Assembly (NCBI GenBank): GCA_030621515.1
Contig: JAUXHN010000002.1
Coordinates: forward strand, 1 to 58,664
Length of the DNA: 58,664 nucleotides
Reading direction: 5' to 3'
DNA from: Deltaproteobacteria bacterium
GTDB lineage: Bacteria > Myxococcota_A > Polyangia > JAAYKL01
How positions within the stretch are numbered: the first letter of the stretch is position 1; the number at the start of each line of letters is the position of its first letter. Under the pieces are notes generated by a model. That model worked only from the letters and a program-made list of their open reading frames with translations, did not search any database and was not told the DNA's origin. Shown here piece by piece: positions 28,981 to 39,151 of the stretch. The position numbers and the translations under genes are program-made.

Positions 28981-29142
28981 CGGTAATTCCTTTTACTTCA
29001 GAACCGCCAACTGAGAGGCATCGGGACTTTCAAAATTCGATTGACTTGAACATAACACTTTCCTGTTAGTGACACGATATGACTTCACACGTGTTCCGGT
29101 CATCACTTCGAGGATTGATATCAGGAGGTTGTTATCACGGAT

Positions 29143-30774
29143 TCAAGGGGTCAATTTCATTACAAAAACATCAAACTGATTTTCCGCCGTCAGGCTTGTT
29201 TCTTTGAGCTCGCCGGGGCCGAACACGGCTGTATCCTCGAAACTGCTGGTCAACAAAGAAGATCCATCAGACAAATTTGTCGCCGCAATCGGTCGCAGGT
29301 CGGAATTATCTGATGATCGTTGAGCACTCTTCGCCCATGACAACGAGCCATCTGAATTGTACTTCACAATGTACAAGTCTTTACTGCCAACTGGCGTCAA
29401 AGTTGTCTCGTTGGTTTCACCCGAACCATAAGTCGCTTCTTCTACCATTCGGCCTGCAATCATCATCGAACCGTCATCAAACGCGGTGATGGAATCCATG
29501 GTTTCATGGTCGAGGTAGGCCAGATCGTAAAAAAGCGGCCCAGTCTGAATAACGTTCTGCAATTCGCCGTTCGAGTCGTAGCCCGCCACAAACAACATAC
29601 CGTCCTCGGGCTCCAGTATGGTCCAAGCAGGCTCTCCCTCGGCCAGGATCAATGGAAACGCGAGAAAACCAAAAACCATCGCGGTGCCATCATCCAGTGT
29701 ATCGACGGCGTTGGCGCCCATGCCCCAGTTAATCCATCCCGGCTCTGCTTCGATTTGTTCGTCCTTCACCCACTCGAGGGTTCCACTCGGAGAGTACCTG
29801 GCAATGTAATAGCCGCACGGCTCAAAAGTGAGTACGGTTTCTTCAGCGGTTCCCACTTCGAAAATGACCGTCTGGGAATTCCATGCCGCATCGAAATTCT
29901 CGGGATTCCCAATTATGACTGAGGTTCCGTCAGCAAGCACCGAAACACCGGTCAGGTATGTGGACTCATCCGGCGCGGCCACCTGTCTTGCCCAGAGAAG
30001 TCCGGCATTTGAGTCAAATCGGGCGATCACCGCGTCATACTTCTCCTGAGAAGTCAGAGAAACGGTTCCCCCAACGGTCGCACTTCCATAGAAGGATCCG
30101 ACCAGAGTGAACGATCCGTCATCCGCCGTATCTATCCTGCTATATCCATTATAGAAATAGGGCGTGAGGCCGACTGCTATCACTGCGGCCCACTGAAGTG
30201 TGCCGTTCGAATTATACTTCGCCGCAAAGGTCGACGATGCGCCGGTGCCGGCCACGAGGGTCGTTTCATTGGACTCACCTTCACCAAATATCGCGTCGGC
30301 GTCAAAATCGCCCACCACGATTGAGGAATCGTCGTTGAGAATGGACAGCGAGTTTGCTCTCACGTTTCCCGAACTCTTCGCCTGAGCGGCCCACGAAAGA
30401 GATCCACCGGAATCATACCGCGAGAGGAACATGTCATCGTCGCCTGCGGAAACAAGAGTGATTTCGCCGGTGTTGTCTTTGTCGAATGTAATCGTCCCGT
30501 AGAAATAACCAGTCACCAGAAAGGAATCATCTGTGAAAGCTTCTATGTCCGTGGATATATCATTCCCGACCGCACCTGCCTGGATCACCCAGTCAAGATC
30601 TCCCGACTCTTCATCCGTGTCAGAATCGGAATCGGTATCGGTATCGGAGTCGGTATCGGTATCTGTATCACCTCCATCTGGATCTGCGAAGGGATCTTCG
30701 TCGTCATCCCAGCAGGCAGGGAATAACATCAAGGTGGCGATAATAACGGCAACCAGTAAAATTAACTTCTTCAT
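29143..30774 (-). CDS. Lipoprotein with a poly(Asp-Thr/Ser) linker and SBBP-type beta-propeller repeats
   Basis: Lipobox LFPAC. The motif Y(D/N)S(G/N/D)G(S/T)L.WA recurs at least 5 times (YDSGGSLSWA, YNSNGTLQWA, FDSNAGLLWA, YSPSGTLEWV, YNSDGSLSWA). Confidence 0.75.
   Translation of the reverse strand: MKKLILLVAVIIATLMLFPACWDDDEDPFADPDGGDTDTDTDSDTDTDSDSDTDEESGDLDWVIQAGAVGNDISTDIEAFTDDSFLVTGYFYGTITFDKDNTGEITLVSAGDDDMFLSRYDSGGSLSWAAQAKSSGNVRANSLSILNDDSSIVVGDFDADAIFGEGESNETTLVAGTGASSTFAAKYNSNGTLQWAAVIAVGLTPYFYNGYSRIDTADDGSFTLVGSFYGSATVGGTVSLTSQEKYDAVIARFDSNAGLLWARQVAAPDESTYLTGVSVLADGTSVIIGNPENFDAAWNSQTVIFEVGTAEETVLTFEPCGYYIARYSPSGTLEWVKDEQIEAEPGWINWGMGANAVDTLDDGTAMVFGFLAFPLILAEGEPAWTILEPEDGMLFVAGYDSNGELQNVIQTGPLFYDLAYLDHETMDSITAFDDGSMMIAGRMVEEATYGSGETNETTLTPVGSKDLYIVKYNSDGSLSWAKSAQRSSDNSDLRPIAATNLSDGSSLLTSSFEDTAVFGPGELKETSLTAENQFDVFVMKLTP
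30613..30669 (-). repeat. Hexanucleotide microsatellite encoding (D-T/S)n
   Basis: aa 36-54 of the 29143..30774 gene. Confidence 0.95.
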
Positions 30775-30963
30775 CGCATCCTCCCGAAGATATTCTTCTT
30801 CATCATTATATAAAACGCTTCCAAATCAATGCACCAATCATACCACCCGCGGCTGAATCATATCGGTGTGAATTGTTTGACTATTCAGAATACTCGAAAA
30901 GGCGATCCTGTGCCATGTTGTGCCACAGGTTATCATAGGGAACATGGGAAACGGCTTACCGGT

Positions 30964-31788
30964 TCAGTATTTGATGCAGAGAACCAGAGCCTGCGAGAGA
31001 TCTGGATTGGCCACAGTTTCCACGCAATCATAACCACCGTCAAAATCGATCATGAAAGCATATTGAACTTCGTCTATTACTTTGCCTACGGTACGTGTCC
31101 AGTATGTCTCAGATTTTACTTCGCCACCCCCAATATTACCTGAATTTGTAGGATCATTAGTGAATATCTCATCGCATTTTGGGCTTTCGGAGCAGGAGTT
31201 ACATTCTCCTCCATATACGGAGTGGTTGATCACCGAGGAGTCACAGTCGACAATTATCTGGATGAAATCATTGAGCGAAGGAACCTGAAAACCGGAAGGA
31301 CAGCTACTGAGCACATCACTCCAGAGCAAATCGGTCGCGGTTCCCGTGCAATTCCATTCAATCCACTGCATACCGACGGGACACCTCGTCCAGACTTTGC
31401 TCGAATTTGGCTGTTGAACCGTATCAGGTAGCGGTCCGGTACATGTTCCATGGATGCAATGCAGACCATCATCACACCCGACTTCTTCATCCCACTCGAC
31501 ATAATACAAACAGGGTTGTCCTTCTCCACCCGCCTCCACGCACACACCGTCGATGCACCACAGGCTGTTCTCGCAGACCGGGTGTTCGTTGTACTGCTTT
31601 GACTCGTCGCACTTCTCGCCGAGCCCCTTGGGGGGTCCGCACTCGTTGAAATTGCAGACCAGATCGTCCATGCAGTCGCCGTTGTCGGCACACTGTTCAC
31701 CCGAACCTCCGATGTCCGGCAGAAATACGTCGCAACAGGGCAGGAGAACGGTCGCCATGAAAAACACGAGCAAACGGTTCCATCTCAT
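30964..31788 (-). CDS. Cys-rich lipoprotein with a C-terminal DUF1566-like domain
   Basis: Lipobox LLPCC and N-terminal Cys-knot-like repeats (CxDNGDCxxxLVC...). The C-terminal pattern (W.RCP.GM.W....C.G....L.W, FQVPSLNDF, YWTRT) resembles DUF1566. Confidence 0.5.
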   Translation of the reverse strand: MRWNRLLVFFMATVLLPCCDVFLPDIGGSGEQCADNGDCMDDLVCNFNECGPPKGLGEKCDESKQYNEHPVCENSLWCIDGVCVEAGGEGQPCLYYVEWDEEVGCDDGLHCIHGTCTGPLPDTVQQPNSSKVWTRCPVGMQWIEWNCTGTATDLLWSDVLSSCPSGFQVPSLNDFIQIIVDCDSSVINHSVYGGECNSCSESPKCDEIFTNDPTNSGNIGGGEVKSETYWTRTVGKVIDEVQYAFMIDFDGGYDCVETVANPDLSQALVLCIKY

Positions 31789-31800
31789 CGAAGACCTCCC

Positions 31801-32904
31801 CTAGAAAGTCACTATCATACCACGTTCACCCAGACGAAGCGCAGCCGATGAACCGTGGAGTTCGAAATACTCCTTGTCACCGGGCGACCTGGACCAGCAC
31901 ACGATGGCAGAAACGACAAATATTACACCCACTGAAAAGCTGCCCCACATTGCGCCGGTCCAAACTCTGGCGCGACGCTCTGCCTCGGGATCCAAGTCGT
32001 TCTGGTACTCATTTGCGTTTCCCATGGCCGCATTCATTGAAATGAAACCAAAAGTGGTCACGAAGATGCCGGGCCAGAAAAATGCGTGACCCGCTTTCTT
32101 GTACGGGTTCATCGGGTAGATGCGCCGCAAGATAAAGTGGTGTTTATCGATTTGCCCCGGATCGATGCGCACTCTCTTTGTCACTGATCTGTGATTGGCC
32201 ATTCGGACTTCCAATCTGTATGAAAGTGTGGCCATCTCTATATCCAGCGGAGTAAGGCCGGAGTACTTTCTGTGAATGTAAACACGCGCTCCAGGAGGAG
32301 ACGACGTAATCTTCAACCTGCCAACCGCTATGCCCACGGGCACAACAGAACGCTGTGGCAGTATCGGCTGAGATTCCGGAGTATGCTCGATCGGAGCGAT
32401 TGGATGCGATGGTTGCCATGCCGACTCCGGTTCGAGATTTTCCCGCAGCTCTCTTGCCGCAGTTCTCAGTGCGCCGATCAGATCCTCCAGCGAAGCCCTG
32501 GAATCGGTGGTTGAACTGGCGATCAGCTGTTCGGCTGACACGTCGTATAACTGTAACGATGCCAAATATCCCTTGCCGAAGATACTGACCGAGCCGAGTA
32601 CGACCATGTCTATCGATCGTTGCCGGCTGGCTTCCAACTGACACTCGTTTTCACAAGCCGGATCGTCGTCGAGTTTTGCCGAAGATGTAACAAAGCGCTC
32701 GCGTGGCAACTCGGCGAATACCGAACGCACTACATCTGAGAGAACCTCTATTTCCTGGTCCTTGATAGATGCCGAATTCTTCAGGTCCAGAATCTCAACC
32801 CTGACCCTGGTTTCCCGTGCGTGCGCCGATCCAATTCCGATCAACGACACCGCCAGCGAAACGGTGACCAACTGCAAAATGCGTTTTGCGTTCTTGGCGA
32901 TCAT
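31801..32904 (-). CDS. PEGA-domain membrane/envelope protein
   Basis: Signal peptide from the ATG at 32904 (MIAKNAKRILQLVTVSLAVSLIGIGSAHA). PEGA-like segment LKITSSPPGARVYIHRKYSGLTPLDIE. C-terminal TM helices. Confidence 0.6.
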   Translation of the reverse strand: MIAKNAKRILQLVTVSLAVSLIGIGSAHARETRVRVEILDLKNSASIKDQEIEVLSDVVRSVFAELPRERFVTSSAKLDDDPACENECQLEASRQRSIDMVVLGSVSIFGKGYLASLQLYDVSAEQLIASSTTDSRASLEDLIGALRTAARELRENLEPESAWQPSHPIAPIEHTPESQPILPQRSVVPVGIAVGRLKITSSPPGARVYIHRKYSGLTPLDIEMATLSYRLEVRMANHRSVTKRVRIDPGQIDKHHFILRRIYPMNPYKKAGHAFFWPGIFVTTFGFISMNAAMGNANEYQNDLDPEAERRARVWTGAMWGSFSVGVIFVVSAIVCWSRSPGDKEYFELHGSSAALRLGERGMIVTF

Positions 32905-32995
32905 CCAGTTATTCCCCTGGGTTAATGATCCGATACTCATGACGTGTGGTGGAAGAATATCAGGTTTCCTCTTCGCGCAAAAGGTGACCACACCG

Positions 32996-34183
32996 CTAGT
33001 GACACGATATGACTTCCCACGTTTTCAGGTCGTCCGGGCGGATGAGCAACCCATCGTAGTCTTCACGGCCCGTCTCGCCGATCATCCAGGGCATGGTGGC
33101 GACGCCCTCATCGTGGGCAACGGACAACCATCCCTCGAAAACCGCCGCGCGCTCCGCGTCACGATCCACGTCTTGAGGCGCGTTCCAGCCCAACTCCTCG
33201 ACCACGAGAGGAAGACCCAGGTCGAGCGCGACATCCACGCGGCTGCGGATGATCTGCGCACCGATGTCAATGGCCTCTTGCACGCGTTGCGACGGGGAAA
33301 AAAACCAGAGGTAGGAATGGCTGTGATTCAGGTAGAGGTGCAACGTCAATACATCGACACCACCGTGCTCGCCAATCTTCCGCAAGTCCTCACCATGCTC
33401 CCCCAGATAGCCGGCGCCTCCCCAGAACACCGGCGCGTGCGCACCGGCCTGGCGCACTGCGCTGGACATCTCGTTCGCCCAGTTAGCAAGTGTCTGTGAG
33501 TCGCACCAATCGGGGTCATCACAACGCGCCTCGTTGGCCAGTTCCCAGCCGAAGACGGTCGGATCTTCTGCGTACACATGGCCGGTGATGCTGTTTGTCC
33601 TGCTCACGATCGTCTGGATGTACTCGAGCTGGGCCGCAACCGCTCTCGGTTCGGACCAGAACGCGTCCTTGGGCAGCCCTTCGCCGGGGGCGACAGCGTC
33701 CACCACCGCCTGCGCGCCACCGTAGTCCTCCCAGTTCTTGGTCAAAAGAAGGACCAGTCTCACGCCCGCGTCTGCGGCCTCGGCCACGACCCGATCCAAC
33801 GCAGCAAGCCCTTCTTCCCTGATCGTACCGTCGTCGTCCCGGATTCTCGCCGGGTTTTCACCTCCATCCATGAAAGCATTGGTGCGAAGCACGGATCGCC
33901 CCAGCGATACGGTCTGGCCGAAAATGTCGTGGAGGCTCTCGAGGTCACCATTTCCCACGTGCTGTAACAACGGATAGCTGTTGATGCCGTGTGGGATGAT
34001 CTCGGCGCCCTCGATAACGAACGCTCCGTCTTCCGCCACGACTATGTCAGCAGTATCGGGATCGAAGATCTGACAGCTCTGGAACGGCGGAATCCAGGTG
34101 TTGTCGGAAGCCGGCGGGGCGCAAGCCATGACCGACACGGCCGCCAATGCGTTCAACATGATTCCGGGTATGCACTTCATCAA
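32996..34183 (-). CDS. Glycoside hydrolase family 5 (mannanase/cellulase-like), secreted
   Basis: FGWELANEARC (acid/base NE) and VVEELGW (nucleophile Glu) at the expected spacing. A signal peptide is present. Confidence 0.8.
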   Translation of the reverse strand: MMKCIPGIMLNALAAVSVMACAPPASDNTWIPPFQSCQIFDPDTADIVVAEDGAFVIEGAEIIPHGINSYPLLQHVGNGDLESLHDIFGQTVSLGRSVLRTNAFMDGGENPARIRDDDGTIREEGLAALDRVVAEAADAGVRLVLLLTKNWEDYGGAQAVVDAVAPGEGLPKDAFWSEPRAVAAQLEYIQTIVSRTNSITGHVYAEDPTVFGWELANEARCDDPDWCDSQTLANWANEMSSAVRQAGAHAPVFWGGAGYLGEHGEDLRKIGEHGGVDVLTLHLYLNHSHSYLWFFSPSQRVQEAIDIGAQIIRSRVDVALDLGLPLVVEELGWNAPQDVDRDAERAAVFEGWLSVAHDEGVATMPWMIGETGREDYDGLLIRPDDLKTWEVISCH

Positions 34184-34308
34184 ATGCGCCTTCCTGGACG
34201 CAAGCCTATCATGACATTGAAGTGGATATTAACAGGAACAACCCGACGATGCTTTTGACAGTTGTGCGGATCTGCCCGATCGGTGAAAATGAAAGTACGG
34301 AGGTCCAG

Positions 34309-35484
34309 ATGAAACGCATTATCCTTTTATCGACCTGGATTATTTGCTGGGGCTGCACCAATTATGCGCCGGCCCCTTTCCAGGGCGGGGACTCCGACTC
34401 GGATTCGGACTCCGACTCGGATTCGGACACGGATTCGGACACTGACTCGGATACCGACTCGGATACGGATTCGGACACCGACTCGGACACCGACTCGGAT
34501 TCGGACACGGATACCGGCGAAGATGTATGCAACTCCGGCACTGAGGCCGCGGAGAATTGCGGCGACGCCATGAAAATCGGCCGGGATGAAATGACGACAA
34601 CCATCAACACAGACAACACCTCATTTTCTGCGGACGTTGCACTCACTTGCGGCTCCTTCACCCAGGACGGCAACGATGTGGTGTACCGGGTGTACCTGTA
34701 CGCCGGGGAGATTATCAACGCCTCGCTGGACGCCGCCGGTGCGGATATGTCCCTGGCTCTCGTTTACGACGATGTCTCCTCGGGGTTGACCTGCGAAAGC
34801 AAGACCGTGGCCACGTGCGTGGACGACAACATGGGCTTCGGGGAGGAGCACTTCTCGTGGGCAGCCACGGTGGAGGGCTGGCATTACGCGATCGTCGACT
34901 CGTTCTATGACACTGCGAGCGGGCAGGGGCCATTCACCCTGGACATGACCATCTCCAACCCGCAGTCGGGCATATGCTACGACGGAACGACGGTTTCGGC
35001 ATGCACCTCCAACCATGACCTGTACTTCCACTGGGACGACGCGGACATCGTCGCGGATCCCATGTTCAACCACGACTCGAGCTCCTACACCGGGATGGAC
35101 TGGCTCCACACCCACACGGCCTACCAGGGGTACGCGATCCATTCCTTCGACCTGCCGTGCCTGGACACATGGTACGTGTGGGGGCTCACGGAAACCACTA
35201 GCACTGGTCACACCTTCGGGTTGACAATGGACCTCATCGACTGGGACAACCCGGGAATCTGGGACATCGACGACAGCACCCCCATTCCAACTACCACGGA
35301 CTACTCCTGGACCCTGGTGAACACCAACCCGGGCTCCCCCTGGACCTGGGATCTGGGGCCGGGAACCCACACTTTCTCTCTCTTCGGCGACACCTTTGAC
35401 GGCAACTACCCGATCATCGGCTATGTCTACATCACCAACGACGGATCATTCATCCCGCCGGACCCGAACACTCTCACCCCGTGA
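34309..35484 (+). CDS. Lipoprotein with a poly(Asp-Ser/Thr) linker and a PPC-like domain
   Basis: ACGGAGG RBS before the ATG at 34309. N-terminus MKRIILLSTWIICWGC. The 5'UTR and signal peptide are homologous to those of the 39581..41593 gene. Confidence 0.7.
   Translation: MKRIILLSTWIICWGCTNYAPAPFQGGDSDSDSDSDSDSDTDSDTDSDTDSDTDSDTDSDTDSDSDTDTGEDVCNSGTEAAENCGDAMKIGRDEMTTTINTDNTSFSADVALTCGSFTQDGNDVVYRVYLYAGEIINASLDAAGADMSLALVYDDVSSGLTCESKTVATCVDDNMGFGEEHFSWAATVEGWHYAIVDSFYDTASGQGPFTLDMTISNPQSGICYDGTTVSACTSNHDLYFHWDDADIVADPMFNHDSSSYTGMDWLHTHTAYQGYAIHSFDLPCLDTWYVWGLTETTSTGHTFGLTMDLIDWDNPGIWDIDDSTPIPTTTDYSWTLVNTNPGSPWTWDLGPGTHTFSLFGDTFDGNYPIIGYVYITNDGSFIPPDPNTLTP
34390..34509 (+). repeat. Hexanucleotide microsatellite encoding (D-S/T)n
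   Basis: aa 28-67 of the 34309 gene. Confidence 0.95.
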
Positions 35485-36251
35485 TCTCCATCGGTACGAG
35501 CGGGTTCGACTACGACGACTGGCGCGGGTTCTTCTACCCGGACGATCTTCCAAAATCCGAGTTCCTCTCCTACTACGCAAATCAATTCAAAGCCCTGGAG
35601 CTCAACTTCAGCTACTACCGCATGCCCTCTTCCCGTCAGATCAACTCGATGATCGAGCGCACGGGCGGAAAGGTGGAGTTCTCCATAAAGGCCCATCGCT
35701 CCATGACCCACGATCGCACGGCCGGCGAGCTCGATTATAAGGAGTTCACGGATGCGATCTCTCCTTTGAGAGAAGCGGGCAGGCTCGGGGCTGTGCTGGC
35801 CCAGTTTCCCTACTCCTTCGAGCAGAATCAGGAGAACCGCTCCTACATCAAGCGGATGGCCGATCGTCTGGGGCCGCCTCTTGTTGTGGAGCTGAGGCGA
35901 GAGGAGTGGGCCGCAGATCCCATAAGAAGCTGGCTCACCAAGATCGGCGTGGGTTACTGCTGCGTGGACGAGCCGAAGGTGAAGGGCCTGATGCCCCCCA
36001 TCGCGGACGCCACGGCCTCCCCGGCTTATGTTCGCTTTCACGGCCGCAACGCCGCCAAGTGGTACGAGCACAACCAGCCCCACGAACGCTACGACTATCG
36101 TTACGCGGCCGGCGAGTTGAAGGAGTGGGTGCCAAAAATACTGAACCTGGAAAGTGTGGTGGACAAAGTGCTCGTCTTCTTCAACAACCACTTCCAGGCA
36201 AAAGCCGTGGACGGCGCGAAGGCGCTGGCCGAGCTATTGGCGAATTATTGA
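35481..36251 (+). CDS. DUF72 (UPF0759) family protein
   Basis: IGTSGFDYDDWRGFFYP N-terminal signature. The GTG start overlaps the upstream stop. Confidence 0.85.
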   Translation: MISIGTSGFDYDDWRGFFYPDDLPKSEFLSYYANQFKALELNFSYYRMPSSRQINSMIERTGGKVEFSIKAHRSMTHDRTAGELDYKEFTDAISPLREAGRLGAVLAQFPYSFEQNQENRSYIKRMADRLGPPLVVELRREEWAADPIRSWLTKIGVGYCCVDEPKVKGLMPPIADATASPAYVRFHGRNAAKWYEHNQPHERYDYRYAAGELKEWVPKILNLESVVDKVLVFFNNHFQAKAVDGAKALAELLANY

Positions 36252-36255
36252 CGAA

Positions 36256-37002
36256 CTAGAAATGGGTGAGGGTGAGAAGCAGCAAGACACTCATGTAATC
36301 GAATGAGAAGCCCCCGTCGTGGTTCAGGCGGGCGTAGTTGAACTGCAGCCCGATCCCCACCCCGCCGTCCTTGCCCTCCTTGAACCACTCCTTGCCCAGG
36401 GTGGCGGCGATACCCGGCCCCTTGTACCACTCGTACTTGTCCTCGTTGTAGTCTTCACAGATGACGCCCGGCATGAACAGCAGCAACGCCATGTAACGCA
36501 TCTGGGCGGTGACAAAGAAATCATGGTCGGTGAAATAGTATGTAAGCCCACCACCAATCCCCCACAGCGTGAACCCAATGGAGGTGGGATCGTCCGCCCG
36601 CACGATCATCCGCTCCATTACCACGCCGAGATGCACCGCAAAGTTGAGGAAACCGGCTCCAAGACTCATGGCCAGATTGAAGACCGGCGAGTGGTGGGAC
36701 GGATCGCTGATTCTCTCGATCCCCTTGGAGGGCGGCATGGTGCCATCACCCTCTACCCAGCCCCATCCCAGACCCAGAGCAAACCGGAAAAAGAAACCCT
36801 CGTGGTCCTCTTCGTCATTTTCTTCTTCCACGTCTTCGTCGGGGTAGTCGGGCTCTGCCGGATCTTCGACGGGATCCTCCGGCGGCGGCGACGAAATGAG
36901 CGTCGGATCCGGCGCAACGCCCTGCCCGAACACCACTGCGGGGAACAACAGGAGCGCGAAGATCGTCGGGGCAAGAAGGCGAATTCTGATACTGAAAGTC
37001 AT
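36256..37002 (-). CDS. Putative outer-membrane beta-barrel protein with an acidic Pro/Glu/Asp-rich N-terminal region
   Basis: Signal peptide, alternating hydrophobic strands rich in G/W/F, and a terminal ...LTLTHF (C-terminal Phe). The ATGA overlap with the upstream lipoprotein gene suggests translational coupling. Confidence 0.5.
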   Translation of the reverse strand: MTFSIRIRLLAPTIFALLLFPAVVFGQGVAPDPTLISSPPPEDPVEDPAEPDYPDEDVEEENDEEDHEGFFFRFALGLGWGWVEGDGTMPPSKGIERISDPSHHSPVFNLAMSLGAGFLNFAVHLGVVMERMIVRADDPTSIGFTLWGIGGGLTYYFTDHDFFVTAQMRYMALLLFMPGVICEDYNEDKYEWYKGPGIAATLGKEWFKEGKDGGVGIGLQFNYARLNHDGGFSFDYMSVLLLLTLTHF

Positions 37003-37697
37003 CCGAACTCCAGATCGAGGTCGACATCCATATCGATATCAATGTCGATGTCAACGTCTACGTCCAGGTCCACGGAAGATCCAGACGAGTCGTGAGGCAA
37101 ACACTTGCCCAGGCTTTCCTCCATGTCACAGAGTTCACATGATTGTCCGGTGTAACAACTCTCACAAATGGCCGGCCCGTCGCTCCACTGGTTCATCCGG
37201 CAGTACATGACCCCGATGTCATCGTTACAACGCGACGCCGCGATCTTCACCTCGCCATGTTCGGTCCAGCCCAGGTAGCAGACCCCCTTGTCCGCCGTAT
37301 ACGAGTCTCCTCTCCATCGAATGAAAAGAAGGTCGGATATACTCGGACCGATGTCCTGCGCCAGCAAGAGGCCGAGGGACTCATCGATCGCATCCCAATC
37401 TACGTCGTACGCGACCTGGCGACGGGAAAACGCGGCGGCGGAAAGATCGATCACTATTCTCGTGTCGTCGAACTCCGGAATCTGCGCCCAGTCCCCGGTG
37501 TCACCGTCGAAACTGAACGAGACATAGCCATCTATCTCAAGCTCGAATGCAACCTCGAACACCCCGGATAGAAAAGCCGAGATCCTCCCGAGGCGCAGGG
37601 AGCCCGAATCGCAGCAAGCAGAGGCAAGGAGGAGGGCGAACACCAGCGTCCCCATCGAAACCCATGCGGTTCTTGTGAATCCGTTACTCATACTCAT
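36999..37697 (-). CDS. Lipoprotein with a C-terminal (Asp-hydrophobic)n tail
   Basis: Lipobox LLASACC. The C-terminus reads VDLDVDVDIDIDIDMDVDLDLEFG. Confidence 0.55.
   Translation of the reverse strand: MSMSNGFTRTAWVSMGTLVFALLLASACCDSGSLRLGRISAFLSGVFEVAFELEIDGYVSFSFDGDTGDWAQIPEFDDTRIVIDLSAAAFSRRQVAYDVDWDAIDESLGLLLAQDIGPSISDLLFIRWRGDSYTADKGVCYLGWTEHGEVKIAASRCNDDIGVMYCRMNQWSDGPAICESCYTGQSCELCDMEESLGKCLPHDSSGSSVDLDVDVDIDIDIDMDVDLDLEFG
37008..37073 (-). repeat. Hexanucleotide repeat encoding (D-[VILM])n at the C-terminus
   Basis: Direct reading of GAY-NTN periodicity. Confidence 0.9.
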
Positions 37698-37737
37698 TCA
37701 CCAAGAATAACACCAAAATGCCCGGCTGGATTTTATT

Positions 37738-38376
37738 TTAGATACCGAATTCCGGTCGAATGTATTTGCGATCGGCTATTGGACGAGACTTATAACGTTC
37801 AAGGCGTCTGGCATTGTCACTGGCATACCGACGAGTCCATTCTTCGGCCTCGACCGGGATCAATTCTGTAAGCTGGGTATTATCAAGCCATCCCTGCAAC
37901 TGAGGCCAATTTTCATGCCCCTGGTGCATTGGGTCGATAAAGACCGAGCTGCCCATGTAGTAGGACACCAATCGAGTATGAACGAAATAGGTTTTACCCG
38001 GGGCCAGATCAGCCTCAAGCACATCGCCGTTTGCCGCAACTGCCAACAACAGGTGCTTTCCCGCAGGCAGATCGACAAACGCCTTTTTCCCCGCGCGAAC
38101 AAACGCCACCAGACTGCCATCTGCCCACACTGAGACAGCATACCCACCGGCACCGGCCCGCTGCACGGGACGAACAAATACTATGCGCGCCTGATTCGCG
38201 CTCGGCGGCGTCTGGGGCATCGGTGTCGTCGAGAGCTTTGACACGTCAAGTCCAGATCCACATCCGCCGAGCAGGAGCAGGTTAACTCCCAACAGAAGTG
38301 CTGCCAGCACCACTTTCAAATATCTGGAAAGAACCAGACCCCTCTGATTTTCGCGTTTACATCCAATTGCATTCAT
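37738..38376 (-). CDS. Hypothetical lipoprotein (DUF2846-like beta-sandwich guess)
   Basis: Lipobox LLGGCGSG. The segment ARIVFVRP...AGKHLL...GKTYFV resembles DUF2846-type lipoproteins. Confidence 0.45.
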   Translation of the reverse strand: MNAIGCKRENQRGLVLSRYLKVVLAALLLGVNLLLLGGCGSGLDVSKLSTTPMPQTPPSANQARIVFVRPVQRAGAGGYAVSVWADGSLVAFVRAGKKAFVDLPAGKHLLLAVAANGDVLEADLAPGKTYFVHTRLVSYYMGSSVFIDPMHQGHENWPQLQGWLDNTQLTELIPVEAEEWTRRYASDNARRLERYKSRPIADRKYIRPEFGI

Positions 38377-38391
38377 GGGAATTCCTTTTCG

Positions 38392-39063
38392 CTATTCACC
38401 ATTGTTACACTGATGGACAAGTGCCCGTTCAATACGCCTGAGGCCCTTCTTCCCCTTGATAAGATTGATGATACCTGGAACGAAAAAGGCCGCTCCAAGC
38501 AGCTCGACCCCGCCACCGATCGCGGCAAACTCCCACTCTTCGGTCAAGCCATACATGAATCCCAGGGTGAACGCTCCGAGCATCAGAATAACACCCGGTA
38601 CCATCAGGATGGCTCCTCCGGCCCGTTTGCGGCGAAATTTTCTCTGAAGCGCCAGGGCGAATCCATCCGGGCTACCGTTTTTCCGAACATACTCATTGTA
38701 CTGAATTTTCAGCTTCGGTGAATCACCGAGATAGAAGGCCACGTTGTCATAAGGATGGCACGGTGCCGTTGTACCCGGAAGAGGTTTGCCCGGGGACCAT
38801 GCCGATGGCCTGTCCACAACTTCTTCTCCAGGCGCCGACTCGACCGCTGTCTCGGTCTCCGCCTCTGCTTTGGTTTCGCTTTGTGCCTTGGGCTCCTTTT
38901 TTTCCGTGTCCTTGGAATCGGCTTCGGCGGGAACGTCTTCCTCAGGCTCCACCGGCTGCTCATCCTCGATGGGTATGTATACAACCTTGGCCGGCTGCGC
39001 TTTCGCCATATTGCTCAACGATAGAACAACGAGTGCCAATGATAAATACAGTGTTACCTTCAT
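38392..39063 (-). CDS. Secreted/membrane protein with an acidic Glu/Lys-rich region and two C-terminal TM helices
   Basis: SPI-type signal peptide (...SNMAKAQ), a low-complexity E/K/T/A region, and two hydrophobic helices. Confidence 0.5.
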   Translation of the reverse strand: MKVTLYLSLALVVLSLSNMAKAQPAKVVYIPIEDEQPVEPEEDVPAEADSKDTEKKEPKAQSETKAEAETETAVESAPGEEVVDRPSAWSPGKPLPGTTAPCHPYDNVAFYLGDSPKLKIQYNEYVRKNGSPDGFALALQRKFRRKRAGGAILMVPGVILMLGAFTLGFMYGLTEEWEFAAIGGGVELLGAAFFVPGIINLIKGKKGLRRIERALVHQCNNGE

Positions 39064-39151
39064 GGCGAACCCCTTACAACGAATTGCATCTTGAAATGAG
39101 ATAAGGGAAAAAAGAACTCGAGGTCAAGTTGGCGAAGTCAACACCCGTACC

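Noticed and set aside
30907-30929. TGGCAC-AACA-TGGCA on the minus strand, upstream of the SBBP lipoprotein gene, considered as a sigma-54 promoter
   Set aside because: The GG to GC distance is one nucleotide short and the -12 element is TGGCA rather than TTGCA. It is better described as a short palindrome or direct repeat (CCTGTG...CACAGG).
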